Assembly: GCA_963794415.1 (NCBI GenBank)
Contig: CAWCDI010000001.1
Coordinates: 830,775 to 894,774 of the forward strand
Origin: an uncultured Actinomycetes bacterium
GTDB taxonomy: Bacteria; Actinomycetota; Thermoleophilia; Gaiellales; JAICJC01
Length of the DNA: 64,000 nucleotides
Direction of reading: 5' to 3'
Numbering within the stretch: position 1 is the stretch's first letter; each line of letters opens with the position of its first letter. The position numbers and the translations under genes were made by a program. Shown here piece after piece: positions 18,991-29,497 of this stretch. The notes below the pieces were generated by a model. That model was not told the DNA's origin, did not search any database, and saw only the letters and a program-made list of their open reading frames with translations.

Positions 18991-19547
18991 CCGTCGTGCG
19001 CGCAGCAGACCAGGTGCGCATGCCGTGGAAGAACGGCGGCGGGGTCACGAGCGAGGTCGCGCGGGCGCCCGAGGGCGGGGGAGGCGACTTCGACTGGCGC
19101 ATCAGCATCGCCGAGGTGGCCGAGGGCGGGCCGTTCTCGAGCTTCCCGGGCATCGACCGCGTCATCATCCGGCTGGGCGAGGCGCCGCTCGTGCTCGACG
19201 TGGACGGGGTCGAGCACGACCTCGCGCGGTTCGTCCCGTTCGCGTTCACGGGCGAGGCCGCCACATCGGCAGCGCTTCCCGGCGGCCCGACGCGCGACCT
19301 GAACGTCATGACCCGCCGCGGCCACGCGACTGCCGAGGTCTCGGTGCGCGTGCTGGAGGGCATCGACCGGCTCACGCCGCCGCTCGGCTTCCGCATGGCC
19401 GTGATCGTGCTCGAGGGCGTGCTCGAGGTGAGCACGGTGGAGGAGACCACTGAGCTGCACGAGCACGATGCGCTCGTGAGCGACGGCGGCGAGCCGCTGC
19501 TCCTGCAGAGCGGCCGGGCCCTGCTCGTGCTGGCCGAGCTGGGTTGA
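18987..19547 (+). CDS. HutD/Ves-family protein
   Basis: ..MPWKNGGGVTSEV..DWRISIAEV..GPFSSFPGIDRVI.. matches the HutD pattern as I recall it. GTGA overlap with ribF. Confidence 0.65.
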   Translation: MTVVRAADQVRMPWKNGGGVTSEVARAPEGGGGDFDWRISIAEVAEGGPFSSFPGIDRVIIRLGEAPLVLDVDGVEHDLARFVPFAFTGEAATSAALPGGPTRDLNVMTRRGHATAEVSVRVLEGIDRLTPPLGFRMAVIVLEGVLEVSTVEETTELHEHDALVSDGGEPLLLQSGRALLVLAELG

Positions 19548-19548
19548 G

Positions 19549-20487
<939 letters not shown>

Positions 20488-20665
20488 GTTGAACCCCTCG
20501 ATTGATCGACGCCGACAGGGTATCCGGTGGGGCGGTGGGCGCAAACCGCTGCGGCAAGGCGGTCTGCTACCCTGCCGAGCGGCCTCATCGCGGTCCCGCG
20601 CCACTTGCCGGCACGGTTCTGGGATGGAGGCGTCCCGATGCACCTACGGCAAGGAGGTGGTAAGC

Positions 20666-20935
20666 ATGCCGCTTACCCAGGATCAGAAGTCCGAGCTCAT
20701 TGCGAAGTTCGGCGAGAACGACAAGGACACTGGATCGACCAAGGTGCAGGTGGCACTGCTCACTCAGCGGATTACCGAGCTGACCGAGCACATGAAGATC
20801 CACTCGCACGACCATCACTCGCGACGCGGCCTCCTCAAGATGGTGGGCCGGCGCCGCAGGCTTCTGACGTACATGCAGAGGCACGACCTGGAGGGCTATC
20901 GCGCCCTCATCAAGGAACTGGGCCTGCGCCGATAG
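20666..20935 (+). CDS. rpsO: 30S ribosomal protein S15
   Basis: 89 aa, [24 protein letters not shown]...[12 protein letters not shown]... AAGGAGG at 20651-57. Confidence 0.95.
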   Translation: MPLTQDQKSELIAKFGENDKDTGSTKVQVALLTQRITELTEHMKIHSHDHHSRRGLLKMVGRRRRLLTYMQRHDLEGYRALIKELGLRR

Positions 20936-20958
20936 CGGCCAGCCGGTTCACGGAGGAT

Positions 20959-20979
20959 GGCCCCCGCAATGGAGGGGCC
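20959..20979 (+). promoter_or_regulatory. stem-loop in the rpsO-pnp intergenic region (possible processing/attenuation site)
   Basis: GGCCCC (20959-64) pairs with GGGGCC (20974-79) around a 9-nt loop. No U tract. Directly followed by the pnp RBS GGAGGAG. Confidence 0.35.
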
Positions 20980-20993
20980 GGAGGAGACAGAGA

Positions 20994-23444
20994 ATGAGTA
21001 TTGCAGTCGAACCGGAAGCGACTCGCGTCACCGCCACCATCGGTGACAAGGAGATCAGCTTCGAGACCGGGAACGTCGCCAAGCAGGCGCACGGAGCGGT
21101 CCTCGTACAGCAGGGAGATACGGTGGTGCTCGCCACCGCGGTGGGACGCACCGAGGGACGTGAGGGGGCCGATTTCTTCCCGCTGACGGTCGACGTCGAG
21201 GAGAAGGCGTACGCCGCCGGCAAGATTCCCGGCGGATTTTTCAAGCGCGAGGGACGGGCCGGCGAGAAGGCCATCCTGAACGCCCGCATGGTCGACCGGC
21301 CCATCCGGCCGCTGTGGCCCAAGGGCTACAAGAACGAGGTCCAGATCATCGTGACCACGCTCTCGGCCGACATGGTCAACGGCCACGACATCCTGGCTAT
21401 CAACGGCGCGTCGGCATCGCTGATGCTCTCGCCGATGCCCTTCCTGGGCCCGGTTGGCGCCGTTCGCATCGGCCGCATGGACGGCGACCTCGTCGTCAAC
21501 CCGACCATGCCCGAGCTGAAGGAGTCAACGCTCGATCTGATCGTGTGCGGAACCCCCGAGGCCATCACCATGGTCGAGGCCGGCGCGCAGGAGGTCGATG
21601 AGGAGACGCTCATCGCCGCCCTCGAGCTCGCCCACGCCGAGATCAAGAAGCTGTGCCAGATCCAGATCGACCTGGCCGCCAAGGTCGGCCAGCCGAAGTG
21701 GGCCGACGGTGCCGTCACCGAGGGGCTGCGCCAGAAGCACGCCCAGTCGCTCCAGTCGGCAGTGTCCGGCGGTGGACTCTCCGCGCTCCAGCCGGCCGCC
21801 GACGCGATCATCGCGGACGAGACCCCCGCTGTCAGCGGAAGCTCGACCGAGGCTGACCTGCTTCAGCGCACGCGCACGCAGTTCGCGCTTGCAGACCTGG
21901 TCGTCGAGGCCCGCGAGGCCGCCGTCTACCCGGCAGTCAAGGAGCAGTTCGGCGACGCCGTCCGCGAGCTCACCGACGCCGAGCAGGACTCCAAGGAGCT
22001 CAAGTCGGCCAAGCGGCACGCGCTGCTGGATCAGATCGTCTCCGGCATCGACCTGCCGTTCCCGGCACGCAACGATGACGGCGTGCTCGACCCGGGTGCC
22101 AGGGCTGCCGTCTCGGCTGCCGTGGACAAGCTCTACAAGGCCACCGTGCGCACCAAGATCGCGGTCGACAAGCGCCGTCCCGACGGTCGCTCCGAGACCG
22201 AGATCCGCCCGATCCACTCCGAGGTCTCGGTCATGCCCCGGACACACGGCTCGGCCCTCTTCACCCGCGGCCAGACGCAGGCGCTCACGCTTGCGACGCT
22301 CGGCACCGGCAAGGAGGAGCAGCGCATCGACGACCTGTCGCTCGACGACACGAAGCGCTACATCCATCACTACAACTTCCCGCCGTACTCGGTGGGGGAG
22401 ACCGGGTTCATGCGCGGCCCCAAGCGCCGCGACATCGGCCACGGCGCGCTCGCCGAGCGGGCGCTCCTGCCGGTCATCCCCAGCCAGGAGGACTTCCCGT
22501 ACACCATGCGTCTGGTGTCCGAGATCCTGGAGTCGAACGGGTCGTCGTCGATGGCGTCGGTGTGCGGTTCGACGCTCTCGCTGATGGACGCCGGCGTGCC
22601 GATCAAGGCTCCGGTGGCGGGCATCGCCATGGGCCTGATCAAGGAGGGCGACGACTACGTCATCCTGACCGACATCCAGGGCGCCGAGGATCACCTCGGT
22701 GACATGGACTTCAAGGTCGCCGGCACCGAGCAGGGCGTCACCGCGCTGCAGATGGACATCAAGATCACGGGTGTCACCACCGAGATCCTGCGAAACGCAC
22801 TGACCCAGGCCCGCGAGGCCCGGCTGTTCATCCTCGGCAAGATGAGCGAGGCCCTGGCAGCTCCCCGCGACGATGTGGCGGCGCACGCACCGCGCATCAT
22901 CTCGACCAAGGTGCCGCCGGACTACATCGGCATGGTCATCGGCAAGGGCGGCGAGACCATCCGCGGCCTCGAGGCCGACTACGAGGTGCAGATCGACATC
23001 GAGGAAGACGGCACCATCCGCATCTACGGTGCCAACGGTGAGCTGGCCGAGCAGGCCCGCAGCACCATCGACGCGATGTGCAAGGACGTCGAGGTCGGGG
23101 ACGAGTACACCGGCAAGGTCGTGAAGATCGCCGATTTCGGTGCCTTCATCGAGCTCCGCAAGGGCGTCGACGGCCTGCTGCACGTGAGCCGCATCCTCCC
23201 GAAGGGCAACCGGCTGCAGTCGGCCGCCCAGGTCATGGAGCGAGGCGACGTCGTACGAGTCCAGGTGGTCGAGGTCGACAAGGATCGCGGCCGCATCGGC
23301 CTCACCTTGCAGGCCAAGCTCGACGGCGAGTCGGAGATCACTCCGGAGCAGCTGATCGAGGTCGCAGCATCCACGCCGGCTCCCGAGCCGCGTGAGGAGC
23401 GTCCGCGCGGCGGCGGTGGCCGCGACCGCGGCGGGCGGCGCTAG
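20994..23444 (+). CDS. pnp: polyribonucleotide nucleotidyltransferase (PNPase)
   Basis: Two RNase PH-like domains (..[11 protein letters not shown].., ..[10 protein letters not shown]..), KH (GKGGETIR), S1 (..[17 protein letters not shown]..), Arg/Gly-rich C-terminal tail. Confidence 0.97.
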   Translation: MSIAVEPEATRVTATIGDKEISFETGNVAKQAHGAVLVQQGDTVVLATAVGRTEGREGADFFPLTVDVEEKAYAAGKIPGGFFKREGRAGEKAILNARMVDRPIRPLWPKGYKNEVQIIVTTLSADMVNGHDILAINGASASLMLSPMPFLGPVGAVRIGRMDGDLVVNPTMPELKESTLDLIVCGTPEAITMVEAGAQEVDEETLIAALELAHAEIKKLCQIQIDLAAKVGQPKWADGAVTEGLRQKHAQSLQSAVSGGGLSALQPAADAIIADETPAVSGSSTEADLLQRTRTQFALADLVVEAREAAVYPAVKEQFGDAVRELTDAEQDSKELKSAKRHALLDQIVSGIDLPFPARNDDGVLDPGARAAVSAAVDKLYKATVRTKIAVDKRRPDGRSETEIRPIHSEVSVMPRTHGSALFTRGQTQALTLATLGTGKEEQRIDDLSLDDTKRYIHHYNFPPYSVGETGFMRGPKRRDIGHGALAERALLPVIPSQEDFPYTMRLVSEILESNGSSSMASVCGSTLSLMDAGVPIKAPVAGIAMGLIKEGDDYVILTDIQGAEDHLGDMDFKVAGTEQGVTALQMDIKITGVTTEILRNALTQAREARLFILGKMSEALAAPRDDVAAHAPRIISTKVPPDYIGMVIGKGGETIRGLEADYEVQIDIEEDGTIRIYGANGELAEQARSTIDAMCKDVEVGDEYTGKVVKIADFGAFIELRKGVDGLLHVSRILPKGNRLQSAAQVMERGDVVRVQVVEVDKDRGRIGLTLQAKLDGESEITPEQLIEVAASTPAPEPREERPRGGGGRDRGGRR

Positions 23445-23458
23445 CCACTGAAGCACGG

Positions 23459-23512
23459 CGGCCCGTGCATGTGGGGTGCTCGAAGCACCTCGCATGCGCG
23501 GGCCGTTTTTGT
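23459..23512 (+). terminator. intrinsic terminator downstream of pnp
   Basis: CGGCCCGTGCATG (23459-71) pairs with CATGCGCGGGCCG (23493-505, one G.U). It encloses a small inner hairpin GGTGC-TCGAA-GCACC and is followed by TTTTTGTT. Confidence 0.7.
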
Positions 23513-23548
23513 TGGAGCTTTGTGATGATCTGAGCCAGACCTGCGCGC

Positions 23549-24496
23549 ATGGCACCCGCGCACGGCGATACTGAGGGCATGCTCGTCTGGGCCCAGAAAT
23601 CCACGTCCTCGTCGTTCACCGACTCGCTGCCCGGCGACCCCTGGCAGACGCTCGGGCTCATCATCGTCGTCTTCGCGGTGGCCTGGCTCATCGCGAGCTG
23701 GTCGAACCGGGTAGCCACATGGATCGTTCGCCGCAACGAGCGCAAGCACCTCGACCGCGACGAGGCCGACACCGGCGTCTTCCGCGGCCTGCAGCGGCGT
23801 GAGACCGCCGTCTCGCTGATCCGCACCACGCTTCGCTACACGGTGTTCGGCATCGCGCTCTTCTACGCGCTCGCGCAGATCCCCGGAGCCGGCAAGGTCA
23901 CGACCGTCGCAGGCGCATCGCTCATCGTGCTGCTCATCGCGTTCTCGGGCCAGCGGTTTCTGACCGACATCCTGGCCGGGGCATTCATGTTCTTCGAGGG
24001 GTGGTTCGCGGTGGGCGACAACATCACGGTGGAGCCGTGGTCGCTCGAGGGCATCGTCGAGGAGGTGGGCCTTCGCTCCACGCGCCTTCGCAGCGTCACC
24101 GGGGAGGTGGTGCGCGTCAACAACTCGGCCATCTACGCGACCAGGGTCAGACCCACCGGCGCCCGCGAGATCGCCCTCGAGATGTACGCGTCCGACGAGG
24201 AGCGGGCCCGGGCGCTCATCGCCGATCTCGCCTCGATCGTCCCCAAGGGCCCCACCCAGTTCGTGATCGCGCCGTGGGTGGAGGAGACCGAGCAGCTGGA
24301 CGACGGCCTCGTCCGCGTGCGGGTGAGGGCAACCGTCGCCTACGGCCGCGAGTGGCTGGCCGAGCAGTTCATGCCCGACCTCCTCAAGGAGCGCGCCCCC
24401 GACGACCTGATCAAGCACGGCCCGGTGGTCATGCACGTGGACGAGAGCGCCAACCGCCGCTTCGCACGATCGCTCGCACTCAGCAAGCGCCGCTGA
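23549..24496 (+). CDS. mechanosensitive ion channel family protein (MscS-like)
   Basis: Three TM helices, then ..SGQRFLTDILAGAFMFFEGWFAVGDNITV..EGIVEEVGLRSTRLRS..GEVVRVNNS.. (MscS beta domain pattern). Confidence 0.8.
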   Translation: MAPAHGDTEGMLVWAQKSTSSSFTDSLPGDPWQTLGLIIVVFAVAWLIASWSNRVATWIVRRNERKHLDRDEADTGVFRGLQRRETAVSLIRTTLRYTVFGIALFYALAQIPGAGKVTTVAGASLIVLLIAFSGQRFLTDILAGAFMFFEGWFAVGDNITVEPWSLEGIVEEVGLRSTRLRSVTGEVVRVNNSAIYATRVRPTGAREIALEMYASDEERARALIADLASIVPKGPTQFVIAPWVEETEQLDDGLVRVRVRATVAYGREWLAEQFMPDLLKERAPDDLIKHGPVVMHVDESANRRFARSLALSKRR

Positions 24497-24523
24497 CGCC
24501 AACTCGGGGCTACCATGCGCCGG

Positions 24524-25813
24524 ATGCAGCGGTACACGATGACAACTCTTGACGGTGGCGAGCGGATCGTCTCCGAGCGCGTCGCGAGCGTCCGATCCAT
24601 CTCCATCGGCATCTGGATCGGTGCCGGATCCCGCGACGAGACGCCGGCGCAGGCCGGCATCTCCCACTTCATCGAGCACATGCTCTTCAAGGGCTCCTCG
24701 CGCTACTCCGCCATCGAGATCGCCGAGATCTTCGACGGCCTGGGCGCCGAGCTGAACGCCGCCACGGGCAAGGAGTTCACGGTGCTGCACGCCCGTGTCC
24801 TCGATGCGCACCTCGAGACCGCCCTCGATGTGATGAGCGACATGCTGCTCTCGCCGCGCTTCGAGCCGGCCGACATGGCCTCCGAGCGCGAGGTGGTGCT
24901 CGAGGAGATCGCGATGTACGAGGACGCTGCCCAGGACATGGTGCACGACCTCATCGCGAGCGCCGTGTTCTCGGATCATCCGCTCGGCGCGCCGGTGATC
25001 GGCACCGCCGACATCGTCTCGACCGTGCCTCCAGCCGCAGTGCGCGCGTACCACGACTCCCGCTACGTCGGCCCGAACATCGTGGTCGCCGCCGCCGGGA
25101 ACCTCGAGCACGAGCCGCTGGTGCACGCCATCGAGACGCGGTTTGCGCCGCTCACGAAGACTCCCGACGCCACCGTGGGCGTGCGCTCGCCCTGGATCGG
25201 CGAGGCCAGGCCCAAGCTGGTGTTCCAGGAGCGCGAGCAGGAGCAGTACCACGTGTGCCTCGGCGGCATCGGCCTGCCGCGCTCCGACCGGCGCAGGTTC
25301 GTGGAGTCGCTGCTCGACTCGATCCTGGGCGGCTCGGCGTCGTCACGGCTCTTCCAGCAGATCCGCGAGCAGCGCGGCATGGCGTACTCGGTGTACTCGT
25401 TCACGTCGCAGTACGCCGATACCGGGATGGTCGGGGTGTACGTCGGCACCCGCGAGGAGAACCTGGCCGAGTGCCTGCGGGTCATCGACGACCAGCTGCG
25501 GCGGGTGGGGGACGGCGACATCGGGCCCACCGAGCTCACCCGCGCGAAGGAGAACCTCAAGGGCCGCATCATGCTGGGCATGGAATCGACCTCCAACCGG
25601 GCCGCCCGGCTGGGAAAGTCGATCCTCACCGACTCCGAGCTCCTGTCCCTCGACCGGGTCTGCGCAGAGATCGACGCTGTGGAGCCCGACGCCATCGCAG
25701 CCCTCGCCCGGCAGCTCTTCGACCCCGCCAGGCTCTCCATCGCCGGCATCGGCCCCAGCCGCGAGCGCTTCGACGACGCGGTGGCAGCACTCGACCTCGA
25801 GTTCTCCAGCTGA
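24524..25813 (+). CDS. M16-family zinc peptidase (pitrilysin/PepR-like)
   Basis: Inverted zinc motif HFIEHMLFKG. Conserved position after pnp in actinobacteria. Start ATG 24524 preferred (7 nt after TACCAT); the longest ORF starts at 24515. Confidence 0.85.
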   Translation: MQRYTMTTLDGGERIVSERVASVRSISIGIWIGAGSRDETPAQAGISHFIEHMLFKGSSRYSAIEIAEIFDGLGAELNAATGKEFTVLHARVLDAHLETALDVMSDMLLSPRFEPADMASEREVVLEEIAMYEDAAQDMVHDLIASAVFSDHPLGAPVIGTADIVSTVPPAAVRAYHDSRYVGPNIVVAAAGNLEHEPLVHAIETRFAPLTKTPDATVGVRSPWIGEARPKLVFQEREQEQYHVCLGGIGLPRSDRRRFVESLLDSILGGSASSRLFQQIREQRGMAYSVYSFTSQYADTGMVGVYVGTREENLAECLRVIDDQLRRVGDGDIGPTELTRAKENLKGRIMLGMESTSNRAARLGKSILTDSELLSLDRVCAEIDAVEPDAIAALARQLFDPARLSIAGIGPSRERFDDAVAALDLEFSS

Positions 25814-25839
25814 CGCGCTCAGCCGTTAGGCTGCCCGTC

Positions 25840-26220
25840 ATGCTTGCCGAGCGCGACCTGATTGCCTTCGTCGGGACGTCCAACCTGGACACCGCGCAGG
25901 CCTTCTACGGCGACCTGCTGGGCCTGAAGCTGGTCGAGCGATCGCCCTTCGCCTGCGTGTTCGATGCCCACGGCACCATGCTGCGCGTCACCCTGGCCGA
26001 CGTCCAGGCGGCGCGCTACACGGTGCTCGGCTGGGCGGTCGAGAACCTCTCCGACACGCTTGCGGTGCTCACCGAGCACGGCATCGATCCGCTGCTCTTC
26101 CCGGGCCTCGAGCAGGATGCGCGCGGCATCTGGGATGCGCCCGGCGGCGGCCGCGTCGCGTGGTTTGCCGACCCTGACGACAACGTGCTCTCGCTCACCC
26201 AGTTCCCGGCGGCGGCATGA
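25840..26220 (+). CDS. VOC/glyoxalase-family protein
   Basis: 126 aa, ..AQAFYGDLLGLKLV.. and ..WFADPDDNVLSL.. typical of the glyoxalase/bleomycin-resistance fold. ATGA overlap with dapB. Confidence 0.65.
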   Translation: MLAERDLIAFVGTSNLDTAQAFYGDLLGLKLVERSPFACVFDAHGTMLRVTLADVQAARYTVLGWAVENLSDTLAVLTEHGIDPLLFPGLEQDARGIWDAPGGGRVAWFADPDDNVLSLTQFPAAA

Positions 26221-26882
26221 TCCGCGTCGTCGTCTCGGGGGCGAGCGGCCGCGTGGGAGCAGCACTAGGCCCCGCCGTGGACGCTGCCGACGACCTCGAG
26301 CTGGTCGCCTCGGCAGCGCCGTCGCTGGGAGTGTCGCTGCGCGACGTGCTCGCCAAGATCGAGGCGGATGTCGTGATCGACTTCACGGTGCCCGCCGCCG
26401 CCGCCGAGGCCTGCGCCGCATGCACCGACGCCGGCGTCTCGCTCGTGCTCGGCACCACCGGCCTTTCGCCATCGGACCGGGCACATGCCGACACCGCAGC
26501 GCGACAGGCCGGGGTGCGGATCCTCTATGCCCCCAACTTCGCCATCGGCGCGGTGCTCATGATGCGCATGGCGGCCGAGGCCGCGAAGCTCATGCCCGAC
26601 GCGCACATCGTCGAGCTGCACGCCGACACCAAGGTCGATGCGCCGTCTGGCACGGCGCTTGCGACGGCCGAGCTGATGGGCGGCGGCATCCCCATCTCGA
26701 GCGTGCGCCTGCCCGGGCTGATCGCCCACCAGGAGGTGATCTTCGGCGGGCTGGGGGAGACGCTCACCATCCGCCACGACACCACGTCACGCGAGACGTT
26801 CGTGCCGGGCGTGCTCCTGGCCACTCGCCGGATCGCCCAGCTCGAGCCCGGCCTCACCGTCGGCCTCGATGCTCTCCTCTGA
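26217..26882 (+). CDS. dapB: 4-hydroxy-tetrahydrodipicolinate reductase
   Basis: GASGRVG NAD(P) motif, ..GTTG.., signature ELHADTKVDAPSGTA. Short 221-aa form. Confidence 0.9.
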   Translation: MIRVVVSGASGRVGAALGPAVDAADDLELVASAAPSLGVSLRDVLAKIEADVVIDFTVPAAAAEACAACTDAGVSLVLGTTGLSPSDRAHADTAARQAGVRILYAPNFAIGAVLMMRMAAEAAKLMPDAHIVELHADTKVDAPSGTALATAELMGGGIPISSVRLPGLIAHQEVIFGGLGETLTIRHDTTSRETFVPGVLLATRRIAQLEPGLTVGLDALL

Positions 26883-26927
26883 GCGCTAGAGGATGCCCCG
26901 GCCGGGAGACGAACTAGAATCGACCCC

Positions 26928-27824
26928 ATGAACTCCGGCCTCGGCACGCTCCTCACCGCCATGGTGACCCCGTTTGCGAGCGATGGCTCCGTCGATATCG
27001 GCTCAGCCAGGCGGCTCGCGCGCTATCTCATCGAGAACGGCTCCGACGGCATCGTCGTCTGCGGCACCACCGGCGAAGGGCCCACGGTGTCCGATCGCGA
27101 GGCGCTCGACCTGTTCGAGGCGATCGTGTCGGAGGTCGGCGGCTCCGCCACCGTCGTGGCGAACACCGGCACCTACGACACGCACCACTCGGTGGCTCTG
27201 ACGCGCGCGGCGCTCGCCACCGGCGTCGATGCCATCATGGCGGTCACGCCGTACTACTCCAAGCCGCCCCGGGCGGGCATCGTGGCCCACTTCGGCGCCA
27301 TCGCCGAGGCCGCCGCCGGGCGTCCGGTGATCGTCTACAACATCCCGCAGCGGGTGATCGTGAACCTCGAGCCCGACGTGCTGGCCGAGCTTGCCGGGAT
27401 CCCCAACGTGGTCGCGGTCAAGCAGGCCACGTCCGACATCGAGCAGGCCCGCCGGATCCTGGCCGAGACCGATCTCGTGCTCTACGCCGGAAACGACGAC
27501 CTGGCGCTGCCGTTCTCGGCGATCGGGGGCGCCGGGCTCATCTCGGTCGGCTCGCACATCGCCGGGCCGCAGATCCACAAGATGATCGACCTGGCCCATG
27601 CCGGCGATCTTGAAGGTGCACGTGCGATCGACCACTCATTGGAGCCCCTGAATGAAGCGCTTGCCGTGACGATCAACCCGATTCCCCTGAAGTTTGCGCT
27701 GAACGTCCTCGGGCACGAGGTGGGCGGCGTGCGGCTGCCGCTCGTCGAGGCGACCGACGCCGAGGCCGCCCAGATCACGCGCGGGCTCGAGCGCTTCGGG
27801 CTGCTGCCGGCGGCCACCACCTGA
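26928..27824 (+). CDS. dapA: 4-hydroxy-tetrahydrodipicolinate synthase
   Basis: GTTGEG, ..YYSKP.., YNIPQR, active-site Lys context VAVKQAT. 298 aa. Confidence 0.95.
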   Translation: MNSGLGTLLTAMVTPFASDGSVDIGSARRLARYLIENGSDGIVVCGTTGEGPTVSDREALDLFEAIVSEVGGSATVVANTGTYDTHHSVALTRAALATGVDAIMAVTPYYSKPPRAGIVAHFGAIAEAAAGRPVIVYNIPQRVIVNLEPDVLAELAGIPNVVAVKQATSDIEQARRILAETDLVLYAGNDDLALPFSAIGGAGLISVGSHIAGPQIHKMIDLAHAGDLEGARAIDHSLEPLNEALAVTINPIPLKFALNVLGHEVGGVRLPLVEATDAEAAQITRGLERFGLLPAATT

Positions 27825-29497
27825 TGCCCGCCGATTCGGTGCGGATCATCCCGCTCGGCGGGCTCGGCGAGGTGGGCAAGAACATGACCGTCTTCGAGTA
27901 CCGCGGCCGCATGGTGCTGCTCGACGCCGGCCTCACGTTCCCGCACGACGACATGCTGGGCATCGACATCGTGCTGCCCGACTTCAGCTACGTCGCCGAG
28001 CGGGTGGGGCAGCTCGACGCGATCGTGCTCACGCATGCCCACGAGGATCACATCGGCGCGCTGCCGTACCTGCTCCGCGAGATCGGCACCGACGCCGAGG
28101 TGTGGGGGACGCGCTTCACGCTGGGCCTCGTGAAGTCCAAGCTGGACGAGCACGGGCTCACCCCGCACGTCGATCTCATGGAGATCAAGCCCGAGGGCGG
28201 CAAGGTCAAGGTCGGCCCGTTCATGATGGAGTTCATGCGCGTCACCCACTCGGTGCCCGACGCCGTGTCGGTGGCGTTCCACACCGATTTCGGCCCCATC
28301 ATCCACACCGGCGACTTCAAGCTCGACCCGACGCCCATCGACAACCGGCCGACCGATCTGGCGCGGCTCGCAGCGCTCGGCGATGCGGGCGTTGCGCTGC
28401 TGATGTCCGACTCCACAAATGCCGAGGTGCCGGGATCGACGGCGTCCGAGCGCACCGTGGGTGCCTCGCTTCGCGAGATCATCCGCTCCGCGCCGGGCCG
28501 CGTGATCGTCACGGCGTTCTCATCCCACGTCCACCGGCTGCAGCAGGTGGTCGATGCCGCGGTCGAGAACGGCCGCGTGGTGGCGATCGTCGGGCGCTCG
28601 ATGAACCGCAACTTCAACATCGCGCGGAACCTGGGCTACGCCGAGGTGCCCGACGACGTGATCATCAAGCCGCGTCGCCTCGACGAGTTCATGCACCATC
28701 AGATCGTGGTCATCTGCACCGGCAGCCAGGGAGAGCCGATGTCGGCCCTCACGCGCATCGCCGGAGGCACCCACCAGGCGCTGCAGATCCACTCGACCGA
28801 CACCGTCGTCATCTCGGCCAGGGCGATCCCCGGCAACGAGGGCAAGGTCAATGAGACCATCAACCGGCTCGCCCGGCAGGGCGCCCGCGTCCTCACCGAC
28901 AGCTCCGACTACGTGAACGCGTCGGGCCATGCGTCGGCCGAGGATCTGCGGGCCATGCTCGAGACGGTGCGGCCGCGGGCGTTCATGCCCGTTCACGGCG
29001 AGTACCGGATGCTGCAGGCCCACGCCCGCATCGCCGAGGAGACCGGGGTGCCGGCCCACGCCGTGCGCATCGCCGACAACGGCACCGTGCTCGAGCTCGA
29101 TGCCGAGGGGCTCAGCGTCGAGGGCCAGATCGAGGCCGGCATCGTGCTGGTGGACGGGTTCAACATGGGCGACCCGGGCGACGTGGTGCTGCGCGACCGC
29201 CGCCACCTGGCGAGCGACGGCGTCGTCATCGTGGTCGCGACCCTCTCGGCGGAGACGGCCGAGAGCATCGCCCCGCCCGAGGTGATCCTCCGCGGCCTCG
29301 CGGCGCCCGACGAGGACGACGATCTGCTGGTCGAGCAGGCGCGGCTCGCCGTCGATCGCGTGCTGGCCGAGTGCCAGGAGCATCGCACCACCGAGGTGCA
29401 CCTCGTCCAGCAGCAGCTGCACGACTCGCTGGCCGAGATGGTCTCGCGGCTCACGGGCAAGCGCCCGATGGTGCTCCCGGTGGTCGTCGAGGTGTGA
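27824..29497 (+). CDS. rnj: ribonuclease J
   Basis: Metallo-beta-lactamase/beta-CASP: ..IPLGGLGEVGKNM.., HAHEDHIGALP, ..SGHASAEDL... 557 aa. Confidence 0.95.
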   Translation: MPADSVRIIPLGGLGEVGKNMTVFEYRGRMVLLDAGLTFPHDDMLGIDIVLPDFSYVAERVGQLDAIVLTHAHEDHIGALPYLLREIGTDAEVWGTRFTLGLVKSKLDEHGLTPHVDLMEIKPEGGKVKVGPFMMEFMRVTHSVPDAVSVAFHTDFGPIIHTGDFKLDPTPIDNRPTDLARLAALGDAGVALLMSDSTNAEVPGSTASERTVGASLREIIRSAPGRVIVTAFSSHVHRLQQVVDAAVENGRVVAIVGRSMNRNFNIARNLGYAEVPDDVIIKPRRLDEFMHHQIVVICTGSQGEPMSALTRIAGGTHQALQIHSTDTVVISARAIPGNEGKVNETINRLARQGARVLTDSSDYVNASGHASAEDLRAMLETVRPRAFMPVHGEYRMLQAHARIAEETGVPAHAVRIADNGTVLELDAEGLSVEGQIEAGIVLVDGFNMGDPGDVVLRDRRHLASDGVVIVVATLSAETAESIAPPEVILRGLAAPDEDDDLLVEQARLAVDRVLAECQEHRTTEVHLVQQQLHDSLAEMVSRLTGKRPMVLPVVVEV

